A stretch of 63,379 nucleotides of DNA, filler included, from Dugesia japonica (Eukaryota): assembly GCA_001938525.1 (NCBI GenBank). It is 6 parts of 6 records of this genome, joined end to end, with 100 filler letters (N's around TTAATTAATTAA, not from the genome) between each part and the next. Parts side by side here need not be neighbours in the genome. Positions count along the whole stretch, not along the records: positions 21,541 to 35,815 come from MQRL01643721.1; 5 more parts are not named here. The stretch is one strand, 5' to 3'. Of the stretch, positions 21,845-34,948 are shown piece by piece; within the stretch, counting starts at the first letter, position 1; each line of letters begins with the position of its first letter. Made by a program: the position numbers and the translations under genes. Below the pieces are notes generated by a model that ran no database searches, was not told the origin of the DNA, and saw only the letters and a list, made by a program, of their open reading frames with translations.

Positions 21845-24800
21845 TTCCCCCTCTTACTTTTTGCCATTTATTGCCGTTTTAAATGGTCCTCAAATATCTA
21901 TATAAGTACTTTCAAAAGTTTCTAATGCATTAATCTTCGTGATAAATTCTTTAGTTTTTGATGTAATTGACTTTCGTTTTTGACAAAATGGACAAGATTC
22001 TATAATTTCTTTTATTATTTTAGACATGTATTTAAAATTGTAACATGGAGAAATATAATTAGTTAACTTATTTGTTCCAATGTGGTGCATGTCTCTGTGT
22101 GTTTCATTTGCGAACTGATACCTGTAATTAATAAGAATATATATTTTATTTTCACTGTTATAAATAATATCATTAAATAGATAAAATTGTTTTTCACTGT
22201 TATCAAGAATATCTTTCTTCATAGTTGTTATTTCTTCAGATTTATCTTGCCACTTATATGGTTCTTTATTTTCAGAAATTCTTAAAAGTCGCGTTTTTAA
22301 TTTTTCAGTCTTAGCGTCATGGTGGGCCATTTGACATTGCTTACATTCCATAGTATTGAATCTTGATAATGCATCTGCATTATTGTGTGATCNNNNNNNN
22401 NNNNNNNNNNNNNNNNNNNNNNNNNNGCTTAAAAAATTAATCCAATTTTGAAACTGAGCAGTAATTGGTTTTTTTGTTGTCATCATAAAAGTAATTGCTT
22501 TATGATCGGTTCTTAGAATAAAATGTTTCCCGTATAAATAATATTTAACATGTTGAGTAAAATAATATATGGATAGTAATTCTTTTCTTGTAATACAATA
22601 TCCCATTTCATGTTTACTCATGCTATGATAATTTCTTTTCCATTTTCATCGTATTGTGAGAGTACAGCTCCAATGGAATCAAAACTGACGTCAGTATCTA
22701 AAATAAAGGTCTTCTTAAAATCAGGGTGTTCCAAAATTGGTGCTTTCATTAATCTTTCTTTCAAATTCTCAAATGACACCTTACATTTCTCTGTCCATAT
22801 GAATTTCTTATTTTTACAACCAACCAATTCTTTGAGTGGCTTAGTAATTTTTGAATATTCGTTAATAAACTTTCTATAATAATTGGCCAATCCCAAAAAA
22901 CTTCTTAAGTGTTTTATACAAGTTGGTGTTTTAAATTCTTTAATGGCATCAACCTTTGACATATCAGTTTTTATTCCGCGATTATTTAGTATGTGTCCTA
23001 AAACTTTTAATTCTGACACATGAAAATTACATTTTTCCGGATTAATTTTTAGGCCTGATGCTTCTATTCTTTGAAATAGTTTTTCTATTCTTATCTTATG
23101 ATCTTCTATGGATTTAGAAAAAATGAAAATATCGTCCAATTAAACTAAAGCTTCTTTCCACATAATGTCACCTACAATTATCGACATCAGATTTTGACAA
23201 GCCAAAGGAGCAGCAGCATTCTATTAAAAAAAGGCATTCTATTAAAGCAGTATTTCTCTTTTAATTCTTCATCCAATTCCACTTAATAATAGGCATTACC
23301 TAAATCAATCGAAGAAAAATATTGTGTTTCATGCAATGAATCAAGCATTTCGTTTATATTCGGAATCGGAAATGCTGGTCGCACTGTATTATTATTTAAT
23401 TGTCGAAAATTTAATCACATTCTAATTTCATTAGATTCTTTCTTCTTAACACAAACAATTGGCGAATTCCAAGGAGATTCGCATTTTTTNNNNNNNNNNN
23501 NNNNNNNNNNNNNNNNNNNNNNNNNNNNNNNNNNNNNNNNNNNNNNNNNNNNNNNNNNNNNNNNNNNNNNNNNNNCATTCCGTTAATATTCTATGTTTAA
23601 TAATTTTAGTTCTACCTATATCCCATTTGTTTCTCATAAAAATATGTCTGAATTTCGTTATAATAGGAAATAGTGAATGGATTTTGCTTATATCTGTTTT
23701 TAAAATTTTCATCTATACATACATTTTTGTGAAATTTAGCTTCTAAACTTAATACATTATTATACTATCTATTTCAACTAATCTTATTTTTAAAATATCA
23801 ATTCCAATCACTACTTCAGGATATATTTTGTCGGCTACATAAAATTCTCCTTTTACTATTTTTCCATTAAATTCAACACGTATTCTTATTTTGACTATGG
23901 TTATTAATTAACTGCCATTAGCACATGAAACGTCTTTACATTTTTCTTAACTTATTTTAATTCCTAATTTTTTAACAACGTTTTTNNNNNNNNNNNNNNN
24001 NNNNNNNNNNNNNNNNNNNNNNNNNNNNNNNNNNNNNNNNNNNNNNNNNNNNNNNNNNNNNNGCCTACCGTCAATTTTAAAATAATGAATTAAATTTAAA
24101 TCATGAATATCATTATTATCAAATGAACATTTATTTTTTTCAATACCTAATTCAGACATTCTATTATTATTTATAATTTCATTTATTTTTAAAGTTTTAC
24201 CTAAATTTAAATTTTTAGAATTATTATTAAATAAATATTCATCATTCTCTAAAATACATAAATCAGACATATTATTTTCAAAAATATTTTCATTCAAACA
24301 ATTATTTAAATATTTCATCATACTATCATTTTCAATCAAATCAATAATACAATTAAAATTATTAAAGCAATCATTATCACACATCATACATGTCCTCACA
24401 ATTCAAAAATCACTAACATTAGATTCAGAGCTCCGATCAATTCACCTTTATTCAGAGCTTCCACATTTCCCGAGATCTCGCGTTAATCAGCTTTTGAAAA
24501 ATCATCGTCGAATAGTGCTGCAACTGGGTTGTCATGGTTCTTTGAACAATTTAATCTTGATTTGTCATCATCTTTGTTCCAGAATCCTTTTTAATTTCGA
24601 AAATACTCACTTCTGCATTTAAATTATAAGTATCCCCTTGCATCACACAATGAGCATCGAATACTAGAACAATTTCGTCGGATATGCCCATATTCAAAAC
24701 ATCCATAACATTGTCGTTCATTCTTTGATTGCATTTGATTTTGTGTTTGATATTGATTTCTTCCCCTTGGATGAAAATAACTTTTTCTGTTTTGATTTTG

Positions 24801-25440
24801 AAAATTGTTCCGCATATTTTGTTTTATTGGTTTTCCTGCATTTCTTTCGGTGAAATTAAATTTAGGTCTCTTGGTCATATCAGCATAAGGTGGTTTTCCA
24901 ATAGCATGGACATATTGTTCATCTGATTTCTGATTCAAATGAATTAAGATTTTCTTAATATATTTGGTCTGGATTGGTCCTCTGGATTCCCCTTCCATAT
25001 CTTTTACAAAATCTTCTTTAGTTAATTTTTTCTTCAGTAAATCTTCTGTCATTTCAAATCGTTCGATTTCCTTCTTCTGTTCTTCTTTATCCAAACAATG
25101 CTTCAGAAAAAATGCGATGAGTTTGGTCGATGTTAATTTGTGCTTTATAACTTTTTCGACATTTTTCTCTATTTTTGCAATTTATGTTTCTACAGAATCA
25201 TCACCTCTTCTGTAATTTAACAACGTGTCTAAATCGTTTGCAAAATTGTTTTTCTCTTCAAACGTATTTTTAATTCTTTGGGTATAAATCTTAAGGAGTT
25301 TTATTTAATTTTTCTCTTGCAGCTTCACTGAGATAAGCTCTAATAACAATATTTCTTTGAGCATTATCAAGTCTTATCATAGAAAAATATGATTCCATTT
25401 TCTTGAGAAATTCTTCTAATAATAATACGGTTAAGTTAAT
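21845..25440 (-). mobile_element. Ty3/Gypsy internal region (gag with zinc knuckles, protease, RT, RNase H, integrase N-terminus); integrase core deleted
   Basis: gag CYGCFEYGHIRRNC; RT FSSIDLGNAYY and DDIFIFS; RNase H FILDTDVSFDSIGAVLSQ and YCITRKELL; integrase THRDMHH...CPFCQ ending at YIDI*GP about 30 nt before the PPT. Confidence 0.92.
24430..24471 (-). promoter_or_regulatory. Putative -1 ribosomal frameshift signal (gag to pol)
   Basis: G_GGA_AAT in gag phase, 6-nt spacer, stem GCTCTGA/TCGGAGC; the -1 frame equals the frame of ORF 23947-24399. Confidence 0.65.
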
Positions 25441-25837
25441 ATATTTCTAGAATTTATGACACACATTTTAATTATTGAAAAAAACCAAAAGAAATAAATT
25501 TGTTGATTTAATTATTTATTGATTTTTCTCTTTATAAAAAAAATAAAATTAATTCTAAATACAAAACACAGCATCACCAAATAATAGTTAATAGCATATG
25601 AAAAATGGAACCTAATTTCTCCTCAGAANNNNNNNNNNNNNNNNNNNNNNNNNNNNNNNNNNNNNNNNNNNNNNNNNNNNNNNNNNNNNNNNNNNNNNNN
25701 NNNNNNNNNNNNNNNNNNNNNNNNNNNNNNNNNNNNNNNNNNNNNNNNNNNNNNNNNNNNNNNNNNNNNNNNNNNNNNNNNNNNNNNNNNNNNNNNNNNN
25801 NNNNNNNNNNNNNNNNNNNNNNNNNNNNNNNNNNNNN

Positions 25838-26077
25838 TGAAGAATAATTCATAGTATTCAAACAAATAATCTGATAAATTTTTCAATAAAATATTTTAAA
25901 AATATCGATTTGATTTTTACGAAATATTTGACTTTATATAATAATTTCATAAAATATTTTAAAAATATCAGTTTTTAATTTTATGAAATATTTTATTTTA
26001 CTTGTTTTAAAAATAAATTTATATATATAAAAATTAAATAATCTCTCAGATATTTAAATCTATGAATGATTCTTACA
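25838..26077 (-). repeat. LTR family A copy (partial, runs into an N gap)
   Basis: Begins TGTAAGAATCATTCATAGATTTAAATATCTGAGA, nearly identical to the LTR start at 33115. Confidence 0.75.
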
Positions 26078-26199
26078 ATTACCATTGTTTTATGATCACT
26101 TAAAATTGTCACCATTATTTTTTAAATCTATCGTTATCATTATTATAAATCTAAAATAATTAAGATTATAACTGTTTATCATACTTAAAAGTATTTAAT

Positions 26200-28535
26200 C
26201 ACTTATTCCTCTTTTTAAGTCTTTATTCATCATAACTACCACTCTGAACTCATACATTAATTTTTTAAGTTATTCTGGCCAATCATCGTCATGTTGATTC
26301 AAAATTTACTATGAGTCGCTTTTTCTCACGCAGCATTTTGATTAATTTTAAATTAGTGATTTCATGTAAATTTAAAAGTTTAAATTGAAATCCAATTTTC
26401 TCCGCTTTCTTGTGGTTTCTGGAAGTGATTTTGGTCTTATTTTTTTGGGTATACTAATTAACTTCAAATGCTATATGTTATGTTATTAAGCGGGTAACAT
26501 TAATAATTCCCATATAGATCTTATTAAGAACCAATAATTAATTTCTTGCTTCTGTGAATATTATATTTTACGAGAAATGCTTGGAATTAATTGCAAATTT
26601 TTTCTATCACTTTAAATAAAAATAATTGTTGCTTAAGAAGTGATTTTTATCGATTTTTTCTCTTTTTGGTTAATGGTGTTAAAATCGTGATTTAAGAAAA
26701 TTTTAAACTTTGCCAAGTTAGCCGTCAAATTTTGAATCTTTAAAGGATAATTTTATCTCGGTTAACTACCTACATTACTCTGCTGTTTAGCACTCAAATT
26801 TGAATTTATTATATCAACTTTACTAGAGGTTCTCCGGGTTCTTGTGACTACCCATTTTATTAGTAACTAGTGAAAATAATATCTTTTGATAATTTATTTT
26901 TTAGTAAATGGTGGTAGAAACAAATTCATAACTTAAACGCTAGAGATCTACTAATTCACCCCATGAAAATAGATTACAAATTTTTTAGTCAGCTACTAAC
27001 CAATTCCTCGGATACAGCTACTTATATACTTTATAGTTCATACCATTTATTAGTTTATAATGCTCAACAGTTGGAAACTCCAATAATAATAACAACAACC
27101 AAATGATTTGATAACATATTAGGGTAAGAATCAACATAATAACGTTCATGATAAAAAAATTATTAAAAATATCATTTGCAGCTATTTGTGATAAGAAACA
27201 TGGTACTCACACTATACAGAGCAAGAAAAAGGAGCATTCTCACACCACTTTTCTTCTAAAATCTAAACTCATAATCGTATAATTTTTTTGCACAGCGTTC
27301 CGCCTAATATTAGTGGATTTCTATTAACCACTACTACAAAATTTCGGATAGCATTCCGCCTAATACTAGTTGATTTTTGGAAATCACTGTTGTTTTCTGC
27401 TCTACCGACCGGGGACGGGAGTCGCGGTACTTTTTATAATTTCTTTCTTGGTCTAGCAGTTAATGTCTAGCAGTTCTTGATCTCGCTAATTTCCAGATTG
27501 AAAAGTGGTTTTAAAAGAGAGTTTAAGAGCATAACTACAGACAAACGGTACATTTGGTTGAGTTTCCCTGTCAAAAGGCACCTCTCTGGAGGTGTACTAT
27601 CATTGAGGTCAGTGTTAAGTGCATCTGTTAAACGTTGTCCATGTTCAGCCGCAAGAGCAGGTTTGAAAGAAGTACTGAGTAGATTAATATTATAAGCAAT
27701 TTCATTGATCTTGTCATAAATGAACAGGTTCCAGTGCAGATTAATGAGGTTGACTGCAGAGACTATTTTATTAGCAGCTAAATAATTACCAATGTCGAAT
27801 CCTAGAGAGCTAATAGTGCCCTTCCCTGTGATAACTATCTGAATAATGCAGGGGTCAATGTTAAAAAGGCTGTCGCTGTCCAGCTTGGTATGCTTTAAAC
27901 CATTGATCTGTTCATCACTGAACCAATTGCTATACAAAATCTTTGAAGAAGGTTGTTGCATGAAGTTAAGTAATTGTGGGGGCAACTTTGGACTCTAACC
28001 ATCATTTTCCATGAGATAAATCTTTTCTTGGGCTCTTGATTGCATCGAAGAAGGTGAAACCATTCGCAATTTTGGTAGCATTGTGGATAGTAACGATGTT
28101 AGCAGCAGTATTTCCAATCTGCATTAAGGCTGACTTAATTGATTTACCACGCGCGTTGATCGATTTAGGTGTGGAATTTATTCGTTTGGTATTATGGTTT
28201 TTGGAATATGATATTTTAAAGCTTGAAAACAAGCAACAACAATTTTTAAAGCAGGAGGACTTCCAGAAAGACTCTGTTAGCTAGGGTTTTGAACAGTATC
28301 AGTGGTGCCAGAACTTGGAGTGGGTAGCACTTTTGTTGGTGAGTTGGGAGCCGATTGAGTAGAAAATATGGAAGAGTTCAATACATTTCTTTCCAAAATA
28401 GGGTTATGATCAATATTGAGAGTTACGAGAAAAGTCGATTCATCACAATGGCAAGGTGTGCCACAATGGGCAAGTGAGAAATGTCCACAGAAATTTTCTT
28501 CTTTCCTACAATATGTGGAGAAGGTATCTCCTGAT
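26200..28535 (-). mobile_element. Degraded element with a Cys/His-rich segment and a Ulp1/C48-like protease domain (possibly a NeSL-type non-LTR retrotransposon)
   Basis: ORF 27467-27985 has WFSDEQI and VSAVNLINLHWNLFIYD (Ulp1 HW motif); upstream YCRKEENFCGHFSLAHCGTPCHC. No clear RT motif seen; left boundary approximate. Confidence 0.45.
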
Positions 28536-28856
28536 TATTAGTTAAATTCAAAACCTTACAACTGTCCATAAAATTTTATTTATTATCACAAGATTTTTGA
28601 TTAAAGTAAAAATGATGAAGAATAATCCGTAGTATTTAAACAAATAATTTGAGAAATTTAATTTCAATTTTCAATAAAATATTAAAAAAAATATCGATTT
28701 TAATTTTACCAAAAATTTATTATTTTTAAAACATAATTTTTTAAAATAATTTTTATACTTTTATAATTTTGCCTAATATAATATATAGAAATTATTTAAA
28801 TTAATTTTCTTATAAAAATATTTTATATTTTAAAAATCTGTTTTTACTTTTTTACA
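28536..28856 (-). repeat. LTR family A copy (diverged)
   Basis: Ends GTTTTGAATTTAACTAATA like the copies ending at 32722 and 6008. Confidence 0.65.
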
Positions 28857-30228
28857 ATAGTATATGAATATTTCAAAAAAATAAATTTTTCTTCTTTTTA
28901 TCTTTTAATGTTGTATTTATGTAATCTCTGATCGTTCTGAATTGACATTCTATTATTCCGTTTGTATAATGATGATATCGACTTGAAAAGCAACTAGTTA
29001 TAATCAATGAATCTGTCATCTCTTTAAAGGCTTTCGATTCGACGATTTTTCCACAATCTATATGTATCTCTTTTGGAGCACCAAATCTCATGATCCATTT
29101 ATCGATAATGTTTTTATTTATTGATTCCTTATCTTGTTTAACTAGGGCTGTTAAGCATTTTTATCTGCTAAATTTATATATTATGGCACATTTATATCTT
29201 TTTATTCCTCAGATTTCTTGGAAAGACATACAGATATCAGTATAAGTATTCTCAAATGTTTCATTAAACTTTAATTTTTTTTAGTTTCTTCCTTTGTTCT
29301 AACTGTTGTTACTTTGTTCATTTGGTAAGCTGTATATTCTTTTATTACTTTTGACACAGTTTCTCTCAAATCGTCCATATCATATTTATTTTTAAAATAA
29401 TTTTTCCGTGCCTACGTGCACCAATAAATTATGCATTTCTTTTACAATCTGAATTTTCTTTTCTGAAGGCATCCATATTTTGCCGTCTTTTGTTTTTATG
29501 ATATCTTTAATTAATCGAACCTTTTTACATGTTCCATTTTTTATATCATTCTTTATCTGTTCAATTTCTTCTACGTTACTTGGCAATTTATATGTATCTG
29601 AGCCTGATATACCATTAAATGTTCTGGTCTTTATTTTTACTTCCTTTGGATTCTCGAGATCTGTTAATCATTGTATACACGTACCACAATTCATTCTCGA
29701 CACCATATCTGCATTCGTATGCTTCGCAACTTGTCGAAATTCCAATACCATATCTAGGCTACTAAGAAAATATATCCAAATCTGAAATTTAGGAGTAATT
29801 GGCTTGTTTGCCTTTTTCATAAATGCTATTGCCTTGTGATCTGTTCTCACAAAAAATCTTTTTCCATACAAATAATGTTTAAAATGGTTACAAAATTAGT
29901 AAATAGCCAATAATTCTTTTCTTGTTATACAATATTCTTTTTCATGAGCTGACATTACATGTGACTCATATGCAATGACTTGTTCTACACCTCTTTCATC
30001 TCCTTGCGATAAAACTGCTCCGATGGTATCAAAACTTGCATCTGTATGTAGTACAAACATCTTTTTGATATCTGGAAAACTCTATATTGCAAATGCTTCT
30101 TTCATCTCATTAAAAGCTTTATCAAAACTTTATCACAGCTTTATTACAAGTTTAGTATTATTACTTCTACATAACTTTTCTAAGCTTTTAACTTTCTTTG
30201 AGTAATTATTAATAAACCGTCTATAGTA

Positions 30229-31374
30229 GGTGTACTGGAAAGTAATGCGGATTTTTAACATCTATTTATTTTATCATATATGACTAAATAATTCTTATTG
30301 TTTATATATTGTATTTTGTTTGAATATTCATTGATTACTAGGATAAACATTTAAATATTACTAAAGTGTTAATATTTTTAGTATTTTTAGATTTATACAT
30401 GACAAAATTTATTCCTGGAAAAGAGCATTTGTGGGTAGTAATGATCCACTTTTTTATTATGGAAAAAGCTGCTGCAGAAACAGCGCATACTTTGCAATGT
30501 CTATGGGAAATAAGCACCATCCCAGGCTGCCAGCGAGTGTAGGTTTAAGGGCTTCAAAAATAATGATTTCAATGTGAAAGACAATGAACGTTCAGATTGT
30601 ACTTCTGCATTTGAAGACCAACAAATATAAGCTCCATTGAATGAAGATGCATGTCAAACTAAAAATAACTAGCCATGCAACTAGGCGTTGCCCAAAAGCA
30701 ATGTGCAAGATTTTAAAGGAAGGGATATGAGCGCAACATAAACTTGTCGATAGACAACTGAAAAACAGAAAAGTAGTCTGTGAAATGTTGCAGCAGCGAC
30801 ACAAACGAAACTTTTTCTTACATAAAATTGTGACAGTGGATGAAAAATGGATTTATTAATCCCAAACGCAAGAAATAATTTATGGATCTGGGTCAAAGTA
30901 AAATCGTTTTGGAAAGAAGCAGTGCTCAGCGTTTGGTGGAATCAAAAGGGTGTGAGCTTCTAAAACTATTAATTAATAAGTGAAACTATTAATTTTGATC
31001 GCTATTAAAACCAAATAATGGAGCTGCACCAATGTTTGATTACCAAACGTTGAGAATGGGCCAAAAGACATAGTAAAGTAAATTTGCTCCATGACGATGT
31101 ATCGTCACATACTTCAAAAGGAGTAAAAAAACATCTAACCTTGGAAGTACTCACCTACCCGCCATACTCGCCAGATTTTGCTCCTTCAGATTTTTATCAG
31201 TTCCGATCAATTGCACATAGACTTGGTAAGCAGACGGCATCAACAGGTTACCTGAAATAGGGGAGAAATGTGTATTTAATAATGGACATTTCTTTAAATA
31301 AAATATTTTCATGTAACATCTTTTAAAATTTTCGTGTTTTGTTTTTCAAAAAACCGTATTACTTTCCGGTACAA
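30229..31374 (+). mobile_element. Mariner element (degraded transposase, both TIRs present)
   Basis: TIRs TGTACTGGAAAGTAATGCGG and CCGTATTACTTTCCGGTACA with TA flanks; MTKFIPGKEHL, IVTVDEKWIY, LLHDDV, YPPYSPDFAPSDFY. Confidence 0.9.
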
Positions 31375-31750
31375 TATTGAATTTTTTCAATCTTTCCAAA
31401 ATTCTCAAACTCATCACATTAACTCTTGCTCCAGTGTCTTACTAGCAATAAACTTTTACGCCTTGTATTTCAACCGTTACACTTGGTCTACCTTGCATCT
31501 TGTCATAACTTAATTCTTGTCGCTTTATCTCTTCTATCATCAGAATTTCACTGTCATCTTCTCCATTTATATCATTGATCATCTCTGGTTGGCCTCTGAT
31601 CAATTCTTTCTTTACAAGCTGGTAAACCTTTTCTTTTACATCATTGCACTCATCTACTCGTTTATCTTCGTTTCTTTTATTTAAATCATTATTTATATTA
31701 CTTTTACTATAATTAACAATCCTGCGATATTTTAGGATACTTAATTCAAC

Positions 31751-31792
31751 GCTCCGACTATCTCGACTTCGGTCAGAGCTTGGCAATTTGGG
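31751..31792 (-). promoter_or_regulatory. Putative -1 ribosomal frameshift signal (gag to pol)
   Basis: C_CCA_AAT in gag phase, 6-nt spacer, stem GCTCTGAC/GTCGGAGC; the -1 frame is ORF 31442-31786, which runs up to the protease motif. Confidence 0.7.
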
Positions 31793-32721
31793 TATCAGTC
31801 TTTATAAATATTTGATCTTTCATTACGATAGTGACCTTTGTCTTCTCTACATACACAATCTTTTCTATTTTCCTCAATTAAATTAACGTGACTTCCATTC
31901 CTTCTCGTGTAGTTATTCGTATTGTTCGAATAATATCTTTGGTTGTCATTTCCTAATACTTTTCTGGTCTGTTCACTTATTATGATAACTAAACTGTCTG
32001 TTCATATTTGTGTAAGAGTCCTCTGTGTGATGATCTTTCTTGTTGCATCTTGAACAGCTAACTTTGGTACAGTCTCTTCTTAAGTATTGTTCAGATCCAC
32101 AAGCATTACACTTTTTTTTCTTGACAATTTTTGCTTACATGACCTATTTTATTACAGGTCCAACACGTTATTTCTCGTCTTTCGTTGTTTCTGTTCTGTT
32201 GCATTCTTACATTTTGACTCTTGTTGAAATTTGTTTGTTTTGGACTTGGGCGAACTGCATTTATATAGTTACGAACTACATTTATTTCTTCAGTTTTTAC
32301 TTCGTCTTGTATGTCTTCCCACTATTTTATTGTTTTAAATACATCGTCTACTTTTTCTATTTTTCCTGATTTGATTTAATATTTAATCTTTATGTCGTTC
32401 CAACTATTCATTATTAGCTCTTTTGTTAAGTCTTCTTTGTTCCATTTATGAGCCATTAAATTTTCTACTGATCCTTCAATCTTCTTCTTATAGATATTTA
32501 TATGCTCTCCATTCCTTCGATAATTTAAAGCTTCCTCCATATCTTTAATCATTGTTGATGGCGTAAAGAAAGCTTTTCTGAATCTTTCTTCAAATCCCAA
32601 TGATTCGTCTTCATTTTCATAGATTTCACGCAGTTCTTTATATTTTCAATATCATCGCCCAATTTGAAAATTCCAGGGTTCATGGCTTATTTTAGCAAAT
32701 CCAATGATGAGTTAGTCGCCA

Positions 32722-33115
32722 TATTAGTTAAATTCAAAACTTCACAACTCTCCATATATTGTATTTATTATTACAAGTGTATTTGATTAAAATAAAAATT
32801 ATGTCAAGAATAATTCATATTATTCAAACAAATAGTCTGAGAAATTTTTCAATAAAATAATAAATATTCTACTTTACATAAAAATTTATAAAATATTTAA
32901 AAAAAATATCGACTTTTTAATTTAATGAAATTTCTCATTTTACATAAAAATTTCATAAAATATTTGACCTAATAATTTCATAAAATAAATAAAAAAATAT
33001 CGATTTAATTTTATGGAATATTTTATTTTACATGTTTTAAAAATACATTTTAAAATTATATATAAAAATTAAAGAAAAATTTCTCAGATATTTAAATCTA
33101 TGAATAATTCTTACA
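32722..33115 (-). repeat. 5' LTR (family A, 394 bp, TG...TA)
   Basis: TGTAAGAATT...TTAACTAATA immediately followed by PBS-like TGGCGAC and gag. Confidence 0.8.
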
Positions 33116-34329
33116 AATATTAATATTTTTCATTGAGGATCCTGATGTGTCTATACTTATTTCTGAAATAGGACTAAATGATATTCAAATGTTAAATGGT
33201 ATTTTTCCAAGAAACGATGACTTTATGAAAATATGTGAAACAATTTTTATTAATTCAAACAAATGCATGATTACAGTGAAATTCTTGGATATAAGAAATT
33301 TAAAAGTAATGTTTTCCCAGTATAGAAAATTCAAAAAAATTCAAAAGATGAATTAGAAATTGATGTATTAATAAAATGTTGTTATCTTTAGGTAACTTAT
33401 CTTATTATTATTTACAAAAGGTTAGTTAAAGAAAATACTTTTATTTTTATACAGTTTAATTCAAGTACATGATTTGTTTATTCAAGTTTTTGTTTAATAA
33501 CATGTCTGAGATTGTTTTTATGCAATCATAACATGAATAAGCACATTAAGATGAATATGATAGATATATTTTTTATGGCAATACCAATTTTAAATCCTGG
33601 ATATTATAACTTCTTCCAGTAAATTTTAGGAGCTCAGTATACAGACTCATCGTTTATCATGTTTCCTTCAAAATGTTTCATAATATTTCTAATAAAAATT
33701 AGCAAATTTTAAATTTAATTAATTAAAAACATTATTCTTCATCATACAAGTTTGTAAACCAATCATTTACAGCTTCTTCATTATGTAATGATCATTTTTC
33801 TCTATCCACCTCTTTCATATTTAATGATTTTTCAAAAGAAAGTTTATGTTTATTGGCACTAATAAACAAATAATTCACAAATAATAGAAAAAACTTGATT
33901 CAAAATTATTTATCAAATCAAAAATTAAAAATCAAATTTTTAAAATCTGATAATATTAAATCAACCTGATATTGATAATATAATTTATTGATTCTAACTA
34001 ATACAACCTTTCCTGTTGAAAAGAAATTAGCACATATAGGATCAAACTTTGTAAGATGTAACCAGTGAAATAATTCTGATTCATACATACACTTGATTAC
34101 TTTGACCAATTTATACAAATTAAATTGTAAGTTCCAAATTGACTACAATTGTTAACGACTTTAATCGAATATTTTATATCATACTGCAAATCATTTGTTT
34201 CCACTGGTTTCTTGCATCACATGATTGGAAAATTTCCTGATTTAAAGAATACAATTGTATATTTTCCCGCTTTTGACAGCAACTTGTTTTTNAATTATAA
34301 TAGAGANGACCTGTTTTTTGTACCACTTT

Positions 34330-34440
34330 TTCNATATGAGGAAAACCATCTTTCAGTCTCCATGCTAGTTGGCGGAATAGTATTCAAATATTCATATGCT
34401 TCTTGTAAATTTATTCCCCGACACCCTCTTCCTTTGATAA
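34330..34440 (-). mobile_element. hAT transposase C-terminal dimerization domain remnant
   Basis: GINLQEAYEYLNTIPPTSMETERWFSS (IPPTSV.SER.FS motif). Confidence 0.65.
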
Positions 34441-34948
34441 GTTTAATAGTTTAAGGATTAGTTTATAAAATAACTATTTATTATTATTTCAAACATTTTA
34501 ATTAAATTTTTTTTCTAAAAAATGTCAGAAAGGTTTTAGCCGGATAATTTAATTTTAAATTAAGAAAAAGATTTCTCATTAAACATAATTTGTATTTGTT
34601 TGAATAAACCAATAATGATGGCCATTGTTCTTGTATTTGCGAATAAATCTTTTATAGAATCAAGTAGTGAATTCAATTCTTCAATGAGTACTTCAAACTC
34701 ATCTAACAAATATAATTTAGGTTTTATATATATCAAGGGTGTGTGTGTGTGTGATACTGTTTCTTTTCAAAGGGCATTAGCGTTAAATGAATTTTGTATG
34801 CATATCAAACGCAATATTGTAGCATCCACGCACGATGGTGGAATGCCAGGTGGAATTCCTTGATACCTTTGATTGAAAGACTTATAAAAATTTAAGCTTG
34901 TATCAAAAAACCGCTGATATAGCTTAATCAGGTAAATTTATTTAATAA

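Larger units (their letters stand above)
28857..32721 (-). mobile_element. Ty3/Gypsy internal region (PBS, gag, protease, RNase H, integrase); RT absent where a mariner sits
   Basis: PBS-like TGGCGACT next to the LTR; gag CNACGSEQYLRRDC; protease DTGARVNV; RNase H LHTDASFDTIGAVLSQ; integrase RFGAPKEIHIDCG. Confidence 0.9.

Noticed and set aside
21075-23139. Polinton ATPase apparently adjacent to a Gypsy LTR and pol as one hybrid element
   Set aside because: They are separated by an artificial linker at 21441-21540.
32040-32369. Hydrophobic plus-strand ORFs that look like membrane proteins (also 16076-16426, 22610-22879, 29480-29785)
   Set aside because: Antisense shadows of purine-rich gag/pol sequence or T-rich non-coding DNA, mostly opened at TTG/GTG starts not expected in this genome.
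34600-34863. ORF ending GGMPGGIP, reminiscent of an Hsp70 tail
   Set aside because: No other Hsp70 similarity and no EEVD; lies in TE debris.
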